Positions 56,626 through 64,000 of a DNA stretch of 64,000 bases are shown here, one piece after another. Position 1 is the first letter of the stretch. Each line of letters starts with the position of its first letter. The position numbers were made by a program, and so were the translations under genes. A model generated the notes under the pieces. It made no database searches. It saw only the letters and a program-made list of their open reading frames with translations, and was not told the DNA's origin. Origin of the DNA: Trichoplax adhaerens (Eukaryota > Animalia > Placozoa); assembly GCF_000150275.1 (NCBI RefSeq), contig NW_002060943.1, positions 10,785,515 to 10,849,514 of the forward strand, in the 5' to 3' direction.

Positions 56626-58506
56626 GTTTTTTTGCCACCATACCGTACAGTACAGTACCGTACTGTGCACAGTGTGTAGTACTGTACGTACGCCGGTAGG
56701 ACCGACGGAACGTGCCCCCCAAAAGTGCAAGATTGCGCCGGCGCAGTCTCATCACTTAACTGTGCTAAACTATACAGAGTACTGTACAGTTGTTGAATGT
56801 TAAGGAAGGAATTCCTTTAATACCCAGCTCCCAACAATTATGATGAGTTTACTCCACAGTATGGTGTTGCAATGCTTCGTAGTCGTCGCCATAGGGATTA
56901 AAGAGGAAACTTTAATGCATAACGTTGCAAAACACTATGTACTAGCATAATTATACTGCATTAGCTAAAAACCAACTACAGTATTCTAGCAATACAATAT
57001 ACAGAAGTATCGAAAGCGGTAATAAGGAAAACCAAATTGCAATAAACTCTAGTAAGAGATACAGTCAGTCCTATCATATGTATCATGCAACCAATTCAGC
57101 GCTATATCTGTGTCATATAACATACGAGTAAATTATCCATTACTTAGACAACAATCAGTAGTTCCTGAGCCAAGTATCCTTTAGCTGTTTAGCACAACAA
57201 ATACCATATTAGTTGAAGAATAATTTTATTTTCCTGTAGTTTTGCACATCTGATACAGTACCATTTGAAATGCTTTATTTCAGCCATTGCAGTATACTGT
57301 AAGCGCTAGGGTATATATAAAATCGATAGCAATTCCTACTACACCTTTACAGATTCAGATTGAAAGTGTACAATGTGTAATTGTCGAGACTTTTTTGCCA
57401 CAGTATTCCATTAAGAGTTTAATGATAACATTAAGGAGATAATGACTTTCACTAGATTTTACCAATATCATAATTATAGTAGAGTCAACGTATTCAGATA
57501 TCTTCAACGCAATATCAGTTGCTATAATTAAATTCATATCTAAAAAGAGATCAAGGTGCAAGCGATTCAATTTATATTCTAACACCGACAATAAGACTAC
57601 GCAGAAGTCTTTAAACCGACCAGCATAGAGGTACTATGCTTGATATCATAAGCTGACTAATGCTATGTGTATTTACAATAGGATATTATAAAACTGATTT
57701 AGTGTTTACAATTTACATACGTAGATGTTGCTTAAATTTGATCCATATACAGTAATGTGTATTACATATCTCTTCACAGCGGATTAATAAAGTACTGTAT
57801 GAAGCGTACAGTAGTACCCGTATGCCGTAGAGTTCAGAAAGTGCTGTATTCCATATCTTGCATTGCATTTTCCACTCTTTCTTGTCGATCCAATAGCGAT
57901 TTGCAACATTAATTTAGACGAGAAGCCATTGCCTATTTAAATGACGGTTTATCATGTCAGAAATTCATTTCCAACATTTACTCGACGAATTATCCACCAT
58001 TAGCAGCGGCAATTTTAGGAATATCACACCATGACCGTCAAAGGATTCAAAAATAGTGCACTTTCGCTGCTGCCAACATCCAGTTTAAGTGTTTCTTATT
58101 TGCTTTGATACATTTTAAAATGAAAAATCAGTACAACATAACATTCCTATCAAAATTCTGCACGGGACCTATCCAATCGTTTCATATCTACTTGTAGCTC
58201 TTCTAGGTTATTTAAAAAGATGCTCTGAATAACGAATATACGATTTGCGAGTACCTTGCCTAGCCGCTGCCCTAGTCATTTCTATGCCACAATTTTCGCC
58301 AATCCAAGATTTTTTAGAGTAAAATAGATACGCTATATTTTTTTACTTGGGATCGTACACTTTTGTGTAGTGTAGCCGCTGTCTTACTTTGTATCTGTAA
58401 CGCAATTTTCGTGTAAAGATCGTGATAGAAAATTGCGGTTACTGTCCTTTTCTGAGCAAAATAATACAGTGCTGTTATGGATTCAGAACACTTGCTGTTT
58501 ACGTTA

Positions 58507-58860
58507 TCAATGATTTTGTAATTTTTTTTCTAATTCTCTGAAGACTTCGCATTTACTTTTGTACATATCTCTATCTTTTGCTATTTTATCAGCTTTGGCT
58601 CTCAATTCTTGCACTTGAGACATTAAAATTTTCTTTCTGGATTGAAGATTGTCTTTCATTGACGACCGTTTAGTTCGGCAACTTTGCGCATATCCTCTAT
58701 TTTTGAGCGTTCTTCTGCGTTGCTTGATGTTTGTTATCTCTTCTTTGGAAAATCTTGCCAAGTACTTGTTCAAATCGCGTACCGACATGGTAATTAGTTC
58801 TTGGTCTGTCAAGCTACAGACGACTTGGTCATCCTGAATGCCTTGACTCGATTGCGCCAT
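58507..58860 (-). CDS. Short Maf-family bZIP transcription factor (117 aa), intronless
   Basis: [45 protein letters not shown] plus leucine zipper; in-frame TAA 21 nt upstream of the ATG. Confidence 0.94.
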   Translation of the reverse strand: MAQSSQGIQDDQVVCSLTDQELITMSVRDLNKYLARFSKEEITNIKQRRRTLKNRGYAQSCRTKRSSMKDNLQSRKKILMSQVQELRAKADKIAKDRDMYKSKCEVFRELEKKLQNH

Positions 58861-59064
58861 GTTGATGTTGGTTCTCCGTTACAATCAGAAGTCTTGAAAA
58901 TTCGAGTTCAGTATTAACTTAACAGTAGTGTGTCATGGAATCCAGCAAGATTGTTGCTTCTCCGTACGGTATGAGGTATACTGGTATTGTACGTCGACTA
59001 CTAAACAACTGAGCTTTTTCTACCAAGTGTACAAAGTTTCTAGAAATTACTATTTACATGTTTA

Positions 59065-59615
59065 CTATTTACAGTACAGTACAGTACTGTACAGTGCATA
59101 CTGTACGGTGTACAGTACAAGCTTGTTGCTTCTCCCGAACGGTACTGTACACTGTAGGCCCAGCCATAATAACCCCGATTAATCAGGTACTCAGCGTAAA
59201 TAGCTTAAACGATGATACATTACAGTATTCTAGGAGTCTGTAACTCAAATTTCATGCGATTATTCAAAGAGTAAGACGTTATGAAAGTTAGGTACTACCG
59301 TCTAAAAACTTTTTCTGACTTACGTCAATATTCCTACTGCGGCAGCCGATCACGCATGCGTATCGCGAGTAGCCTTTATAGACAACAGTGTACGTACTAC
59401 AGTATACAGTACTGTAGTCTACAATGCGAAGTACTGTGAACCATACAGTACTGTAGTCTTGCAAGTCTCTGACTGTACAGTACTGTACCGAAGTAGGACT
59501 CCTGAGTGTACCGTAATGATTTGGGGTGGTTCAAACCTGTGAAAACATTCGATCTTTTCCTTTAAAGTAGTCTAATACTGTATAGTGTACAGTATGTATC
59601 AAACGTACAGTACTG
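59065..59615. repeat. TACAG/CTGTA arrays in the short-Maf/MAF1 divergent promoter
   Basis: TACAGTACAGTACAGTACTGTACAGTG (59070-59096) and several TACAGTACTGTA copies at 59400-59490; TTACGTCA at 59320 and the palindrome ACGCATGCGT at 59352. Confidence 0.88.
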
Positions 59616-59958
59616 GATGGACACTAGTCAAGACCTCAACTTCAGAACTGTACCGCGAAAACAAACAACAGTACAGTACATAAATAAAAATTTTTTTTTC
59701 CGCTTTTTTGGGCCCACTGTCGATTGTCGAACTTCATCATTACAAGTTGTCTACAAGCAACTAATCAACGAATTAATACAAGCAATTAATTTATTCATTG
59801 TAAAAGGGTCGAAAACTTAAAATCTGCCAAGTAGAACAACCTTACTCTGCCCATTGTAGCGTGGATATACGGACAACGCACTTCTAATCGATGATTCAAT
59901 CCATGACTGGCGTTGCCAATACCGATAACAAATAGAATTCGAGCAATTACTAGCAAAC

Positions 59959-62315
59959 ATGAAGCTACTACCGAATGTTAATTTTGAGTCCCTAAATAGC
60001 AAACTATCATCGATAGAGAATAACGAATGTCGAATTGAAGGAAGGTATGTATTAAGCATTGTGTCCTACATTCATGTACCTAGACGTGTAAAATGTTTTA
60101 CGGGCTTTTTCAAGTCTGAGACAAGAATGAGAATTTTTCACTTTCAAAGAAAATCGAAACATTCCTTAGGCGGATTCCTATCCAGTACTGTAATATGTTG
60201 TACTAGACGCGTCTAGGTGTTGTAAAACAGGTTAAGGCATACGTTGATGACAAAGAATGTCAAAGTGCAGGATCTAGTCAATTGCGAATCCATTTATAGT
60301 GCATTACTAGTCTAATAACAACTCAAAGTTGACGATATGTTTTCAATCGTTAGTAATTCCTTCACAATTTTTCCTATGCGTTATATGGTAGTTCAGTAAA
60401 AGATGTCTGCGTAGAAAAGATAAATCGTACTCGTATGAAAGACGAGAGTGTTTATTAGAGTTCTGATATTGTTTAGCCATGAATTAGTTCTTTATCTTCG
60501 GATACTCGTACCTGTATAAAAGACGACCGTCTTATACAATCCTTTGGAAAACGATGACGTTCATGAATTATGACTATTGGTATTATTATGAGTTTCTTGA
60601 CAAGGTTCACTATTGTAACACATAGTAATTCTCCTCAAGTAGTTAAAGTTAAGTAATGGTTCAAATGACTATAGCCAGATTTAATTCAATGCTCGCAATA
60701 ACGCGCTCGAACACAGTCAACAAACGATAGGATATTATGGTGTAGTTTGTATGGCATGATAAACACCTTAAACACCTATGTAATTCAATTAATGTTTGAT
60801 TTCTACGGTCGTGAAAGTGTAGACTGCTAGCAATTTCGAATTTTGTCGTACATTAAGGTTGTTATATTCAACTATCGGTCAACTATGAAGAAGTATAGTA
60901 GATATGCAATACTGTCAATACTGTACAGTACAGGATTGAAATATTATTCACCGTGATAATTATTAACAACAAACTGAAATACAATTATTACACGATTTTA
61001 TAATACTTCCATACATAAAGTATGCGAGCGTACATTTTTACATATATTTATTCATATTCATCAATCTTCATTTCATACCGAACAGGGTAGAAAGTTATTC
61101 CTGTAAAATGGCCGGCAACGATAAGAAGTTATATAAAATGTTAAATATTGATGGAGAAACTGCGAATGATTTGCAGGCACTCTCCCCATCACAACAATCC
61201 TTCTATACGCAAAGTGGAAGCCCTGTGGTTGCTGGTAAGTTTGCTATTAATGGAAATTGACTTAGTTACAGTATGTTGTAGATTTTGGACAGTACAATAC
61301 GTAAATGTAAGCGTAATTTATCAAAATGTTAGTTCAAAAACAAGCAGTTGTATGATACTGTACCATAATAACTCGACAGACCAAGACATCGCCAACGCAG
61401 TGAGTCCTTGCAGACACATGTGTAACATTCACCTATAGTAATACTCTTATAATTTTCTTCTTTGATTAAATATAAGTAGGTTCAGGAGGTTTCTTAGCTG
61501 GCCAAGGACAAATTTGTAATACCTGCAGTCGCAAGACACTGTACTACTTAGTATCCACTTTAAATGCATCGTTCTTTCCGGACTATGATTTTAGCGATGC
61601 TAAATCAGATGAATTTAGCCAAGAGCCGAGTGTACAATTTGTAAAGAAAGCCATTGAATCCAATCTCATGCCTGCTGATCCTCAGTTTTATATTGGCATG
61701 CAGCAACATTTATGGCAGACTATAGATAATGAAATCACACTGACGGATTGTGATATCTACAGGTTACTATTAGGAAGCACCACGCTTACTTAAATAACGT
61801 TGCAGAATCATTTAACTTATTGCTCAGCATACTTTATGTCATATGTCTTCATATACTGTAACTTGTCAAGTAAACAAATACTTCCACTGATTAACAAATA
61901 GTTATAATCCCGATATGAATTCGGATCCCTACGCTGAAGAAGGAATATTGTGGTCTTTCAACTACTTCTTTTACAACAAGAAGTTGAAGCGCATTATATT
62001 CTTTAGCTGTAGGGCTGTCAGGTTAGTTGATGTTATAGCTATAAATAGCATAGCGGTTAAGACTACGAACTGATGCATGTTTTATCAAATTAATTATAAA
62101 GTAAAATCGCATCCTCTGGTAATTATGACGCTGATATTTCCGAAAATATGTATATCGATGATATGGAGGAACTACCGAACAGGTTAGAAATATCTGAGTC
62201 ACTTTATGCAAAAATTTGCATAGTGTATGCTGATTACTGTATTCCTAAAGATAAACTTACAACTAATAATTTTTTTTATTGCAATAGTAGTTCCGCTACT
62301 GTCATGAGCTACTAA
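59959..62315 (+). CDS. MAF1: Repressor of RNA polymerase III transcription MAF1
   Basis: MKLL...[21 protein letters not shown] (box A), [23 protein letters not shown] (box B), [35 protein letters not shown] (box C), acidic exon 62102-62182, last exon 62288-62315. Confidence 0.95.
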
Positions 62316-63673
62316 AATCTTTATGCTCATTTGAATTTAAAATCTTTGGAGACATACAGATACCTACTCATGGAGGACTGCATATTTTAGGCACGCCGTT
62401 TCACAACTTAGACGATCTAAAGTTGGCGAGTACGCTGTAAACGTTAAATCTCTGACAGACAATCATGGCGAATTCTAAATAACCTGTTGTGTTGCTCATT
62501 AATTCGATAAAGGTAGATAAAAATTTTAATCTCTGTTTGGTTCATACGTGCTAATGCACTAAACTCTGCTTCAAGTACCTTATTTATTGATCGTAATTTC
62601 TCATGTTTGCTACTAGGTATACCACCACTTAGCGTTTGACCTCAGAGTAATTTACGATTTCCTGTTAGCGTTAGCATGTACCCACACTGAATCCTTTAAA
62701 ATATTTATCGTAGTGTTATTACACTAATCGATCGACTAACGTCTCTAATTAATGTACTATATCATATTGAATGAATGAACATAACTTGCATACTGTACGT
62801 TATTTTTTATTTTCTGTATATTTTAATATCAATTTTGAAGCAGTAACTGTTCTTCTATGTCCGCAATTCTGTTTCATAGCTATCTTTTTTAAATAATTAC
62901 ATCTGTAATTGTTTGCGTTCATTAAATTTTGCTGGTATACCTATTTGTCACTGATCAGAGAATTGTTCTATTCGGATAAAATTTTAAGAGTCAAAACAAA
63001 TTATTTTGCATGGCATGTATAGCATACAGTTATCCCATCCCGTATACGATACTGTACGGTACACCGTTAGAAGAGTTGAATTAAACTTTTTGGCTGATTT
63101 AAAATATCTGAGAATTCTAGTAACACTTTATATAACAAAAGTTTAATTCTTATCAAATAATAGTTATTTATAGAATAATGGGTTTATTCAAATATGAAAC
63201 CGTGTCAGCTATGCACAAATAGTCCCGATTAAATCTATTTGCTAAAAGCTGATCATGCAATTCTTAGTACAATCAATTGTAAAGTTTGATAAGCCTTAGG
63301 TATCTTTTTAAACCAAAGCTAGAAATAATATGTGCGCATATATATTAAGCGAATTGAAGTTATCAATTTGCACCTTCTTGCCAACATCGATACACCCTTA
63401 ATCTATTTTTCGTATGAGCTAGTTAAATGGGATTAATTAGTTTAATAGTAAAATTGCAATTTACAGATAGTATGGGCTTGCGGGTAAACAAACTTGATTG
63501 GACTGTCGATGTGATTAAAAAATTTTCAAAAACTTGTAAGAAGGAAGTGCTACCAATAATCTGATTGAATTATATATAGTATTACCAGAAACCTACTTGA
63601 ATACATTTTTAAGTTATTAGAGTCTGTTAATGAACGACTGTAAGCCATCGAATGAAAGTAAATTATTAAATAC

Positions 63674-63800
63674 TTAAACTAAATATACAGAATCTAACGC
63701 TGCCGCTCCTACTCCGATTCCACCTTCGTTTCGTTCAGCATTCTTAGTCCGCAATAGATATCCACTGGCATAATTGCTAATAACTTCATTAGGTCCACGG
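63674..63800 (-). CDS. Probable terminal coding exon of an unidentified gene continuing beyond the window
   Basis: Acceptor TTTTAG at 63806-63801, then a GC-richer stretch reading RGPNEVISNYASGYLLRTKNAERNEGGIGVGAAALDSVYLV*. A second frame is also open to 63709, so the frame is uncertain. Confidence 0.4.
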
Positions 63801-64000
63801 CTAAAACGGTTAAACAATAATTTAGACAAAAAATTACAAATCGATAAATGTAAAAACCAATCTTACTTTCAAGATATTTTAAGTAGCATCTTACACTTGC
63901 AATCGGATTAAAAAGTAACACTATCATATATCTTACAAGTTCTATGACAATATAAATTACTATTTATAAATATGCAGCATATAGTTATATTGCGCTATTT

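Noticed and set aside
55856-56803. Short ORFs rich in TVLY/STVQ (also 22063, 41475, 58928, 59058)
   Set aside because: Translations of the stop-poor TACAG/CTGTA arrays.
22030-59615. Pentamer arrays or the 212-bp duplication as CRISPR or telomeric repeats
   Set aside because: No constant repeat-unique spacer structure, no cas genes, eukaryotic context; units flip strand and are not TTAGGG.
54995-62315. A three-gene MAF family cluster
   Set aside because: MAF1 is unrelated to the Maf bZIPs; the shared name is coincidence.

Overview
AT-rich, intron-dense animal genomic DNA. The short introns, the tandem GABA-B-like receptors and the nuclear TilS point to a non-bilaterian, probably the placozoan Trichoplax (inference, not proven). 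Gene order, from hand-spliced exons: two tandem GABA-B-like class C GPCRs (+, first one 5'-truncated), RECQL4 (-), RBM39 (+), B3GALNT2 (+), CHMP1A (-), NFS1 (+), AGXT2 (+), TilS lysidine synthase (-), two intronless Maf-family bZIP genes (-), MAF1 Pol III repressor (+), and a probable last exon of a further gene (-). No rRNA, tRNA, CRISPR or intact transposon was seen. Main points: (1) self-complementary TACAG/CTGTA pentamer arrays sit just upstream of almost every non-GPCR gene; (2) a large-Maf-type pair, one lacking an activation domain and one with a degenerate zipper, has a Maf recognition element between the two genes; (3) the gene set matches the human 8q24/14q11/16q/20q large-Maf paralogon; (4) the animal TilS is intron-containing; (5) the GPCR paralogues have a rewired ligand pocket and different C-tails.
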